DNA of 64,000 bases from positions 76,260,001 through 76,324,000 of the forward strand of contig NW_024704743.1 of assembly GCF_018977255.1 (NCBI RefSeq), given 5' to 3'. This document shows, in pieces, positions 1-11,773 of the stretch; within the stretch, counting starts at the first letter, position 1; the number at the start of each line of letters is the position of its first letter. Below the pieces are notes generated by a model. The model saw nothing but the letters and a program-made list of their open reading frames with translations. It was not told where the DNA came from and did not search any database. Source of the DNA: Callorhinchus milii (Eukaryota). A program made the translations under genes and the position numbers.

Positions 1-2599
1 CCATCATAGTGGACGTTGAATATTTGAGACTGGATGTAAATGTTGGCATTCATTTGTTTGGTAATTCAGGTAGTAAACACATTACCTAGTGCGGAACTGA
101 GACATACACACCTGGAAGGTCCCATGTTAAATCTCTGCCCTGTGCTGTATTAACTGATCCCAGCCTGGGGGATGGTAGGTAACTACATCTGTATCATTTG
201 CAAGCTCTGCAAATGGAAGACAAAAAAGTTATCATACATATACGAGCCTTGGTGCGATATTTGTAGGTTTTGAAGGTGTATTGTTTTTGTATTGTATTGT
301 GATGTACAGATGATTTACATATAGTATGCATGGTTTGCAAGTGATACAAATTTTAACATCAGGTTCTCTTGCAACTGATTGAACCACTATGGGGATAACA
401 TTTCTCACTGCTTATTGGGTCAAACATTTTCCCAATCCAGGCATAAGGCTACTTGGTGCTGGAGGGGAGGGGAGCAAAATAATATTTTTTTAAGAATTTC
501 TTATTGAAATTTCTTATTGTACCTGTAAAAATAAACTGAGTAATATTCAATTAACAGATGGTGTCATCTCTTTGAAAGATACTCAAAGCAATCTCCAGCA
601 TGTGCTCCACATCAATGCGGTTGAGGCCAGAGAGACCCAATCACCCTACATCTAAATCATCCTGACAGCATCGCAGTGTAAATCTGAACAATGACCAAAG
701 CCACAGTGATAGAACATTTACAGCACATGTAGGATAGCTGGCATTATTGGGGTTTGATGTGGGACTGCTCCATCCAGTCTTAATGTCGAGGTTAATTAGC
801 TGGGGCTGTCATTTGGATGGAGATGTCAAGTAGCAGAACTGACAGTCTCACTTTATGAACATTGACCCCTAACAATGCCAAACTTACCAACACAAAGAAA
901 GAGAAATACAGTTTTTAATGGAGTCACTTTAGCAACACATTGTTACATTTAAAGATTTTTGTATATGTAGGAGAGGAGGACCTCTGCCTTCCCCTCCACT
1001 CTCAAGTCCTCCTGACATGAAAGGCACTATATAAATGTAAATGTAGCTTTAGATAACTGACTTGTGCAATACCAGCTTTTCACTAAACAGCCCATTAATC
1101 GTCCATCGAATGGTGCAATTCACTGGCCAGAGCTCCAAAGCTGTGGGCCAAGCTTCACAGATGTCACCACTGAGAATGACATTGAGGATGTAAAGGGAGG
1201 GGAAGGTCACTTTTTCCACATCCAGGACACATTCAATGTAATAACATCTTAAAGCACTGTCATGACAGCATGCAAGTATTTGTTTCATTGTCAATTTTCT
1301 CCATGCTTGAAACCATTTCCCCCTTTCCCTAGAGTAGCTTCTTCACGTGCCTTTGGGTACCTACTATGGAATAGTAAGCATTGAAAGGCTTTTTTGACTG
1401 TAGGGGTATCTCAATCAAGCTGGGATTGACTATCTCAAAGTGTCCACACATGCCCACAAGGGCATTGACAGGAATCAGAAGTTAGGATACTGGCTGGCTT
1501 CCCCTCCGTGACCCTGCCCAGTTACAACATCCCCACCGCAGACCCATCTGCAATCAACTAATTGCAGAATCTAGGGTATCAAACCTGCGACATTCCCTAC
1601 CTGTATGCCTCGGCTGCTCACTAAATACGTTTATTGAGTCTTTGGAGGAAGCGATACATACAAGCTTAAACATATTCCAGCAACATAACGTTCCCAGGTC
1701 TTCAAAAATTAGAAAATAATAATACATTTGGTTTAGCATCTTTCATGTTGGGGGGATGTCACAAATTGCACAGGATATAATATATAGAGGGAATATGTGT
1801 TTTATGTGAAAACGCAGCAATCAAATTGCCTATCCTTTGACTTTATGAACTCCTGTGAAATCCTTAATTGTTGTTATCCTCCAGAGACATTTTTCCTCTT
1901 CAAAATGCAACAGTAGAATGTCACTGTAGTCCTCAGAGAATTCTTTTGTCAATTGCTGAGTAATGACTATACATAATAGTTTCAAAATAGTTATAATAGT
2001 CAACACTTTGGGGAATAAGAAAGAGTGTAGGTCCAGAAAGTCCATCTGGTCCAGGAAGTTGGCAGCTGAAATTGAAGGGCAGGTCCCAACATTTTCAGAG
2101 CGGAACTGTAAACAGAGCTTGATCTGGAAAATGTGCTAAATAGCCACCATGCTGTAACTTGTTAATGATATCATTGACTTCAAACTCTGCTTCATTTGTT
2201 TGGTGAAGCCAAGGAGTTACTGTCCAACAATTGAGCAGCTCACGATTCACCAAGCTGCTTTCATGTTCTGTCTGACTTTATCGGTATAAAACCAGAGATT
2301 ATGTGAGTTTGACAAATATACAGAAACTGAAGGGGAAAATTGCATCTGTGTCTAGATTTTCATCTGTTTATGTTGCATTTTTAGACCATCCAGAATTTGG
2401 TAAATTGATGAATTCATTCTTATCTTTGGTTCTTAAAGTTGGTTTTCTGCAGGTCTTACAGAAATTAAGGCTGTATTTAAGAATTTGCTGAATTCTGGAT
2501 GTTCTGAAAACCTGCAGAAATAGAGTAAATCTAGATCTGGATGGAATTTTGTCCTATACTATGTTTGTCACTGATTTCAATTTTCTGTCACTTCCTTCT

Positions 2600-2905
2600 A
2601 TATAATAATAATCCTTGCAATTGATATGGTGCCTTATCACGTTGTTGAGACGTCTCAAAATGCCTCACAGAATATGTTGTAAAGTGGATCGAGTGAAACC
2701 CGGCAGCCAATTGAGCACGGCAGTGTCCCACAAACAGTCGTGGATTGAATGACCAAATTAAGCGATTCGCCAATCGACTAACAACTGGGTTCCTACTTAC
2801 TGCTAGGTAAACAGAGGCGTGCAGATTAAGAAAATTTGCCTAATGTTTCTCCCCGCCCAGGAATCTAACCTGGTCCTCTCGCTTGCGAGACAAGTGGTCC
2901 AACCC
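2600..2905 (-). mobile_element. tRNA-derived SINE (older subfamily with extra internal segment)
   Basis: tRNA-like head at ~2905-2850. The internal segment aacaactgggttcctacttac is shared with the copy at 11402, and the L2-type 3' tail is present. Confidence 0.75.
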
Positions 2906-5159
2906 ACTACGCTCCCTCCACTTAGTGCTTCATGTCCCCCACCTCACCCGCCCGCCCCACTACTGGCAGGTGGGCCTTCAGCCACTCTGCCCTCACCCTC
3001 TGGAACTCCATTCTGCAGTCCCTCTGCCTCGTACCCTCCCTTGCCTCCGTCAAGACCCTCCTCTTCGACTGTGCCTTCAATCACCCTTCTTCTTCCCCAC
3101 CCCCCCGCCCTCCACCCTCCCCGATCCTGATCCCCTGCTCGGGTCCGAAACACTGATTGTCCAGTGCCTTGAGATCTCCTCCCGATGTGAAAGGTGCTAT
3201 ACAAATGCAATTTTGTTGTTGTTGTATACTACGGGACTCCAAGGGTTATGACACATTGTATGCAGCTGACAGCAGAATCAGAGGTCCTGTACTATAAAGG
3301 GATTTTCTCTCACTTATCCACATTTTGCATTGGAAGCAGCCAAGATATTTACAGCATAATGGGGATAATAATCCTTTAAAAAAATGATAAATTGGTCACT
3401 CAATGCACGACTGTTTGTGGGACACTGCTGTGCGCAATTGGCTGCTGCGTTTCGCCTGGAAATTTACAGTCAATTCACTTTACAGTATATTTTGTGAAGT
3501 GCTTTGAGATACCTAGAAGACGTGAAAAATGCTATATCAAATGCAAGGATTACTATTTATTATTATAAGCCATGTGACGATATAAGACAGCGTTTTATTA
3601 TCAGGAGTTCACTGCATACTAAATCCATTTGAACTGTGTCTCATAGAATCATCGAGATTAAAACTGCAGTGTATCTAGAAACAACAACAACAAGATTACA
3701 TTTGTATAGCGCCTTTCACGTTGGGTGGATATCCCAAGGCGCTGGACAGTGTACAGCATTTCAGACCCGAGCTGGGGTCAGGGGGAAGAGGCGCGGGGAG
3801 GGGTGACCAATGGCATGGTCGAAGGGTTTTGAGGTGGGACTTGAAGGAGGCTAAGGAGGGGCGAGGCGGAGTGATTGGGGGATGGATTTTCAGAGGTTGG
3901 GGGCAGAGTGGCTGAAGGCTCTCCCGCCAATGGTGGGGAGGATGGGTCGGGGGACGTGGAGCAGGCTGGAGCCGGATGAGCGGAGGGAGCGGGCAGTTTG
4001 GTAGGGGGTTAGGAGGTCAGAGAGATAGGAATCAGCATTTGGATAGGTTTTTGTGTGGGTTGACTGGCAGAACAATCTTCTCTTATTCTATTCTTTCTTA
4101 TATCCTTAAAATATCACTAAATTCAGAAATAATCTTTCTGGACTTGTACCTTCTTGTTCTGCCACATGGTGGCACCCATAATCCATGACAGGTTACAATT
4201 ATCAACAACTTCAACTACTTGAGGGAAAATGCACTTTTTTAAGAAAACGTCTCCCCTCTAGATTTTCGTTTCTTCTCTACAAGGGACTGAGTTACACTGA
4301 AGCACTTACAATGGGTTCAGTAGCTGAGATAACAGCAGTTTATTATTATTATTGTTACCTGTCATAATACATTCTTTATGTGCTGTTGACGTTCTGTAAT
4401 TTAAATCAGCATGGTCTAACTTTTTGGCTGGCGAGGGCTAGATCCCCTATTTCAGAAAGGTTCGCCGGTTGCATAAGTAATATTTTTCTGTTTCACTTCC
4501 AGAAACATAACAGTTACATATCACCTTTTTCACATCAGAATGACGTCTCAAAGCACTTGAGACTGCTGGCTGGGCACCCAAGCTGGGGGTGGGAATGGAG
4601 AGATGTAGGATTGTGGAAGGGAAAAGATGACTGAAAGCCACGTCAAAGAGTTCAGTCTTGATGTGCCTTAAAAGAGGAAGGAGGTAGTGAGGCGGAGGGA
4701 TTCCCGGAATGCAGCTCCAGAGAATTGGGCAAAAGGGCGATGGTGGGACAAATGGGTTGGGGGGACATGAACGAAGCCAAGCTGGTGTTTGCTGAGCAAA
4801 GGGAACGACTGGGTCAGGAGGTCAGAGGTAGGATGGGGTGGGGGGGGGAGGGGAATGATGGACGTAAAGGCCTGAGATCTTCCTCATCGACCATGTTTAC
4901 GTTCACCTCCTCCCTTCCCCTGCCTTGGCGCCAGGCTCCATCAGTGTTAAGCAGTCTGAGGTGCTACCCTGCATGAAGGGAGCTATATAAATTAAAGTTC
5001 TTGTCGTTGTTTGCAATATTTCCATTGAGAATTCAACAACTACTAGTGTGTGCTTGGACTTTCAAACATTGACTCTGACATAGAGATCAAGTAGAAGTCA
5101 GAAGTTGTGAAACTGAAGAAGTCACATATTGCTATTTTTAAAACCACAGCACTTTATAT

Positions 5160-5260
5160 TTGAAACAAAAACAGAAGTCACTGGGAACACTCAGCAGGTC
5201 AGGCAAAGTGAGAAAGGAAAGTGAGTCAACGTTTCGGGTTCACGATCCTTCATCAGAACT
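5160..5260 (-). mobile_element. Penelope-type short repeat with minimal hammerhead-like core
   Basis: Minus strand AGTT-CTGATGA-AGGATCGTGAACCC-GAAA-CGTT-GACT followed by the family tail cctgacctgctgagtgttcccag. Confidence 0.65.
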
Positions 5261-6559
5261 GGGGCATGTTGGGAGGGAGAGGTTTTTAAGGGCCATTGGT
5301 GGCGGGCCTTCAGCTCTCTGCCCCCACCCTCTGGAACTCCATTCCACAGTCCCTCCGACTCGCCCCCTCCCTTGCCTACTTCAAGACCCGTATCAAGATC
5401 CTCCTCTTCAACCGTGCCTTCGGTCACCCTCCTACCCCTCCCCTCCCCACACTCCACCCCTCCTAATCCCAACCAGCAGTTCGGGTGCGGATCCCAGAAT
5501 GTCCAGTGCCTTGGGACTCCTTCCTGATGTGAAAGGCACTATACAAATGTAATTTGTTGTTGTTGTCTGTGGAATTGTGTTGAATGCAAAATGATTGCCA
5601 TGTTTATTTGCAAAAACAGTTACCTCACTTGGGATTTCTTACTGTAAAGCACTGTGAGATATTTCGACCTGGTAAAATTCTATAAACCCCAAGTTACTTC
5701 TACAGGAGAAAGGAAGTAATGTGCATTCTTATGCTTTATTATGTAAAAATGCCTCAAAATGGTTCACTGGTTATGACTGTGAAATGTGGTGATTGTTTTT
5801 GTAGGCATCCCTAATCTAAAAACATTGCAACAACTATCCATAATTTGCATATATAGTATATTATACATATATGCATAGTCGGATGCAAAAAATTTTATTT
5901 GAACTTTTTATAAAACTTTTTAAAAAAATTAAAAAATATATTTTTCCCCTCCCAGATACAAGACTAAATTTATCTTTAGATAAAGATAGAAAAACGTGAA
6001 TTGTCTATCAGATGTTAATGAAAAAAGGAAGTGAAACCCTGCTTTAAAAATAACTACAGTACTGATACAACTAAGTGGAAGAAGTTGCAAGTTAAAATTG
6101 TTCTTACCAGAAGTGCACAATAATGTATAACAAAATTACCCAAATTAATCATTAACTGCAGAAAAGGTAAAGCAACAACTTGTATGTATATAGCATGTAA
6201 ACGTACAAAAATGAACAATCAAAGAGATTGTTTAGATTTTTTTAAGACAAAAGGAGAAGTAGCCAAGCTCCCAGGCCTATCCTCTGGAAGAGTTCCAGGC
6301 GATGGGCACGGGAGACTGAAAACTCAACCACCAGTGAAGCAAAGGGAGTGAGCAAAGAGCAGAGACGGAAGAGCAAAGGGAAGTAGCTTGATTATATGGT
6401 TGATGAGAAAATCTCTTTTGGTCAGCCAGGTTTCTGATATGTGGGAAGCCCATCACCATGTTTAAGAGTATCCAAATCAGTCTGCGAGTTCCACATATAA
6501 TTAATAATAACATATTAATAATAATCCCTACACTTGGTACAGCACATTTCACATTAGGA

Positions 6560-7110
6560 GGACATCCCAAAGCACTTCACAGGATATACTGTAGAGTACA
6601 GTGACTGTGTTTTGTGAATGAATGCAGCAGCTCAGTTGTGCACAACAATATCCCATGAACAGCCATGGAATGAATGACCAATTTTATTTGGAGATTATTG
6701 GCCAGGACACTGGGAGAAACTTCTCTTTTCAAATAGTGCAATGGGATCTTTCACATACAACTGAGCAGGCACAGACGGGGCCTTGTTTTTAACTTCTCTT
6801 CCAAAGGACGGCACCTCCAACTATGCAGCATACAAAAAAAAACACAATACTGCAGATGCTGGAAATCTGAAAATAAAAATAGTTCTGACAAAGGGTTGTA
6901 AACCTGAAACATTGACTCACCTTCCTTTCTCCATAGATGCTCCCTAACCTGCTGAGCGTTCCCAGCGACTTCTGCTTTTGGATGCAGCATAACCCCAGCA
7001 CTGCATTGGAGTGACAGCTTAGACAAAATGAGTTCCAAAATTCTGATGTGGGGCTTGAACCCAGACCCTGTGACTCAGGCAAGTGTTACCCCTGAGCCAG
7101 GCTGACACAC
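6560..7110 (-). mobile_element. Old Deu-domain-type SINE interrupted by a Penelope-type short repeat
   Basis: tRNA-like head at ~7050-7110, Deu-like core (ggacactgggaga...aatagtgcaatgggatctttc...aaggacggcacctcc) and an L2-like tail. Confidence 0.65.
6833..6981 (+). mobile_element. Penelope-type short repeat insertion with 10-bp target-site duplication
   Basis: Flanked by direct repeats ATGCAGCATA (6823-6832 and 6982-6991). Same family as 5160-5260, 45020-45147 and 49312-49421. Confidence 0.75.
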
Positions 7111-8265
7111 ATATGTAAGCCACCTACACGTGGAAATTTCCATGTCTGAAATAGAATGTGCACTCTCTCCCTGGAGGTATGCACCCTGTTTACCAAATTC
7201 TGCATTGTATTTAGTGCAGTTTGGCAACAGCCGAGGCTGGGAAACCCCAGTGTAATGGAGTATTGCAGTAGTTTAACTAGCTAGATTTGCATATATTGTC
7301 ATTGAAAAGATTGTCCCACTGCTTGTTCAGCTAGGACCACCCTTCCCATTAGAGCTTCAGCTTACAGGTATAAATAATAATCGTTGCATTTGATGTAACA
7401 CCTTTCACATTGAGAGAACAGTTCAAAGCTCGTCACACGATTCAATAAATTGCAGTGATTGTGTATTTTAGGAGCTGAATGGAAAGAATCACTATCCCAG
7501 TGTCTGGCCCTCCCAAGTCCGAGTAATGAGCCAGGCGGGTTGGTCTGCCTTCGGCAGTGCCCTGCAGTACCTTGGATCTGCCTGGCTCAGGAATCGGACT
7601 ATTGAGATCGCCACAGAAGGTTGATTCAATTCTGACATTCTATTGCCGTGCATGTCATCTTGGTGCCAGTTCAGGTCAAAGAGACCGTACTTACGTCCTC
7701 TCCAAATTTGGATAATCACTAATTTGCCTTTGACAAATAGCAGGTTTGAATTCTCACTAGGTAGATGGTAGGTACTAGGAGATCCCTAGTGAGCAGCACA
7801 GCTCACCATGAAATACATGATAATATTACCATCATCCTCCTTGCCCATAACTCAATACAAAGAGGATGTCACAAGTAGGGTGGGGTGATATGGTGGAAGA
7901 ATTTGAAGAACAGGACAGGGGGCTAAAAATTCCTTCCTCTTAGGTCATGAGATGCAACGACGACGACGACTTGCATTTATATAATAATCCTTGCATTTGA
8001 TATAGCGCCTTATCTCGTTGTAGAGACGTCTCAAAGAGCTTCACAGAATATATACTATAAAGTGGATTGACCCTGTATTTGAGGGCGGAACACGGCAGCC
8101 AATTCCGCGCAGCATATAGGACGCTTCACCTGGGGAGCATCTCCGAGCACTTTGGCATTGGCTCTTGGCAAGGATGTGGTTAATGAGTACGATGGACCCT
8201 GCGACTGGAAGTTGTCTCTGTGCTTGGGCACCTGTGAGCATCAACGCACCTTTGGCCACAACTCT

Positions 8266-8585
8266 CTGCCCTGCCCTGCCCAGCCGCCCTGCCCTGCCAC
8301 CCGACCCAGTCGCCCTGCCCAGCCCAGCCCTGCCGCCCTACCCAGCCCTGCCGCCCTGCCCAGCCCTGCCGCCCTACCCAGCCCTGCCGCCCTACCCAGC
8401 CCTGCCCAGCCCTGCCACCCTGCCCAGCCCCCTGCCCAGCCCCCTGCCCTGCCGCCCTGCCCAGCCCCCCTGCCCTGCCCAGCCGCCCTGCCCAGCCCAG
8501 CCCTGCCCCCTGCCCCCCTACCCAGCCCAGCCCCCTGCCCAGCCCAGCCCTGCCACCCTACCCTGCCCTGCCCCCCTGCCCTGCC
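8266..8585. repeat. GC-rich pentamer-based tandem repeat (CCCTG/CCCAG units, higher-order ~18-mer cccagccctgccgcccta)
   Basis: About 320 bp of CCCTG/CCCAG/CCGCC units read directly. It accounts for the P/A/L/Q-rich ORFs at 8152-8893. Confidence 0.95.
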
Positions 8586-8589
8586 AATC

Positions 8590-9130
8590 ATCCCGCCACA
8601 ACGGCCTGAGAGGGACAACCACTCCAACAGTAGGAGTGGGTGGAGCGACGGCGCTCGTGCGCAGTACTGCAGCAGGGCCGGGAGCCGTCGTGCACGTCCG
8701 CGCGGCCGCCTCCCCTGCGCGCCCCCTGCCGTCGCCCCGAGCTGAGCACGTGAACACGCCTCACAGGGTCCGCGCCTCCCACCCCCAGGCCTCCCCCGCA
8801 AATACCTTCCCCGGAGACAACAAGGCGGCGCGGGTGTGTTCCGGGTGGCGAGCGGTCCGGTCAGTCCAGTCGGTTGGGCGGCGGGCGCGGTGATTGCAGC
8901 ACCTCCATCTTAAGGCAGACGGCGCTCGGGACGGGGACGGACGGACGGACGGAGACGAGCGGCCTCAGTCGGTGGCCGAGGATCCGGAGGTAAACAAGAC
9001 AGGTGGTGCTGTGGCTCGTGCCTGAGCTCGGCTTCTGTTCCCCGTTGTTTAGGCTCGAGAGAAGAGGCGGTTTAACGGCAGGTAATACAGGTCATTTTAA
9101 ATCAAGCGCGTGACGGTGAGGCTCACACAT
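8590..9130 (+). promoter_or_regulatory. STARD3NL: CpG-island promoter of STARD3NL
   Basis: Dense unmutated CpGs in an otherwise CpG-poor window, GC-box-like GGGCGG at ~8876, CCATCTT (YY1-like) at ~8906, and a splice donor GAG|GTAAAC at 8989/8990. Confidence 0.75.
8890..8989 (+). other. STARD3NL: STARD3NL non-coding exon 1 (start approximate)
   Basis: ATG-free GC-rich segment in the CpG island ending at donor gatccggag|gtaaac. Mammalian STARD3NL also starts with a non-coding exon. Confidence 0.6.
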
Positions 9131-11401
9131 AACCCAACTCCCGGGATCAGGAGAATAACAATATTAATATTAATACTTGGATTTGATATAACGCCTTATC
9201 ACGTCGTTGAGACGTCTCGAAGCGCTTCACAGGGTATACTGTAAAGTGTGGTGACTGTGTGTTTTGTGGGCGGAAATGTGAAAGAGAAAAATCAGCAACA
9301 AATGACATTTGGTGTCCCAGCCCTCACTGCCCGGCACCGGACAGTCATGGGTTCCCACCCAGGAGCGGGGGTGGGGGGGGGGTCAGATATTTCTATGGAA
9401 AATATTTTATGGAAAATATAGTTCTTTTGTTGCTGGACAGCAACGCGGTACATTGCCATAAACCAGTTCAAACAACAACAAAGTTACATTTGTGAAGCGC
9501 CTTTCACGTCGGGAGGACGTCCCAAGGCGCTGGACAGTCGGAGTTCCTGACCCGAGCTGGGGGTCGGGGTCGGGGAGGGTGGAGGGCGGGCGGTGGTGAG
9601 GGGGGAACAGGGTGATCGGAAGCGCGGTCAAAGAAGGGGGTCTTGAGGAGGAGAAGGGTCTTGAAGGAGGCCAGGGAGGGGGTGAGGCGGAGGGACTGCA
9701 GGATGGAGGTCCAGAGGGAGGGGGCAGAGTGGCAGACGGTTCGCCCGCTATTGGTGGCCCGAGCGAAGCGGGGGACGTGAAGCAGACTGGAACCCGCTGA
9801 ATGGAGGGAGTGATCAGGATGATAGGGGGGGTTGGAAGGTCACAGAGGTGGGGGGGGGAGCAAGACCGTGGAGGGTTTTGAAGGTGAGGACCAACCCCAG
9901 GGAGATCCTGTTTATACTTTACCCTTCCTCAAAAGAGAGTATATTTAGAGATGCAACGTATTGTGTTTGAAAGTATGAAATCGAATGGACTCAGTCCCTC
10001 TGGTGTTAAGATCAACCCAAGTGAGGTTAACAGAATGATTTCCTGATCTCTTTTCAGGCTGTCTTGGTAGTCTGGTTCCTAAACCAGGTAGGTCCACAGT
10101 ACTCAAGGGTATTACAGATGATACTTAAAATCACACTTAAACCATTATGCTTTAACTTTGTGCAACATGATATAATATTCAGAATTTGTCACCTCAAATT
10201 CACAGGGTTAGATTTGTAACCGCTGTTATTTGTACACTTCATAACCTCGCTACTAACACCAGCTAAGTTTGTAAGTCTATGCGTTGTTTTCCACGACACT
10301 GTACTTGAAAATTTTAGTTGCAAACCATTACTTTTGAATTAATTGCTTATGACAATACTGAGACGATGTAACTTTACTTTTGCATTTTGCTGGTGACTGT
10401 TCATAATCCAGTTAGAATAATCCATATCCTCTGTCTAAATGGGATGGTTGTAATTAAGAAATAGGCCTTACATTTCTTTGAAAAGTCTTAAGAGTTACTC
10501 TTGTCTGGATTTTTGGAAAACCTCACAATAATAATAGCTGATCCAAAAAAAGTTATGAAAATTTAACTTGGCTCTGAATTCCCCAGGAATAATCAGCTGC
10601 TACTTGTTGTTCAGATCCTCAAGTGTAAAATATCCAATTAGGTGAGATCCTTGAGGGATGCTGGTTCCTGTGGAATCATGGCCTCATGAAGAAGCAGTTA
10701 CTGCTTTTAAAAGATGAATAAGTGGAGATGTTCGAGGGGAAAAAAACTCGAGGAGAAATATATCCACCTTTTTCCTCGGGAATTTGCCATAGTTCCCTTG
10801 AGTCTTTTGGTTATTCAACACAAAGCCTTTGTTTCTCGCTCGAATTTACTGCAATTAATTTTTTCTTTCTGTGAATTACAATTTTTCAGTGGTTTCACCT
10901 GGATATTTTACACATGACGGTCTGAACAACATGTAACAGCTGATTATTCAACCCTAGGGCATTCACAGCCAATTTAAATCTTGCTTACATTTTTATTGGA
11001 TCAGCCTGATGTCTGACATAAGCCAAAATCCATCATCATATTTAAGACTATACAATTGTTCTGAACAGGATTTGCCCTGTTCACTTTCTCTTGCTTTTTC
11101 ATATTTTTCTCGTTGTAGACATGAAGATGAGAGATATGAGTGCCAGAAGACTCTTTAGTAGTTTTTTGTACTCTTGTGTTGATTTCATAATCAAATGAAA
11201 TGCATTTCAGTGTAATTGCCTCTAACCTACATTAAATCCAACTCCAGATGAGCCTTTGCACCAATTTGATTTTTCTTGTTTTCACATGGCCATGCTTGTA
11301 GCCATTATGAGTGACTCATCCTTTGTTGTAGATTGGTACTCCATTGATGTGTACAGTCATGTTGACTGATGTGTAGTAGAGCAAACTAATAAGCTGCTTT
11401 G

Positions 11402-11773
11402 TGGAGTCCTGTAGCTCAGTGGTTTGAGCAAACTCCTCGCAAGCGAGAGACCTGGTTCGATTCCTGGGCAGGGTGAAATGTTGGGCAAGTTTTCTTACTT
11501 CACATGCCTCTGTTTATCAAGAAGTAAGTAGGAACCCAGTTGTTAGTCGATTGGCGGATCGCTTTTCCGGGGGTAATAATCCCTTTTTAAAAATAAATAA
11601 TAATTTGGTCACTCAATGCATTACTGTTTGTGGGACACTGCTGTGCACAATTGGCTGCTGCGTTCTGCCCACAAATATACAGTCACTACACTTTACAGAA
11701 TATTCTGTGAAGCGTTTTGAGACGTCTAGAAGACATGATAAGGTGTTATATCAAATGCAAGGGTTATTATTAC
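11402..11773 (+). mobile_element. tRNA-Ala-derived SINE, full length
   Basis: Head TGGAGTCCTGTAGCTCAGTGG with A/B boxes, shared body, and tail gatgtgttatatcaaatgcaa-(TTA)n-like. Confidence 0.85.

Noticed and set aside
540-1740. Short minus-strand ORFs and splice-like signals near the window start (possible neighbouring gene)
   Set aside because: I could not assemble a consistent exon chain or recognise any protein family. It may be degraded retroelement or lncRNA sequence.
8152-8893. Long P/A/Q-rich ORFs (197, 242, 186 aa)
   Set aside because: They are translations of the pentamer tandem repeat and the CpG island, open in several frames on both strands, with no domain-like content.
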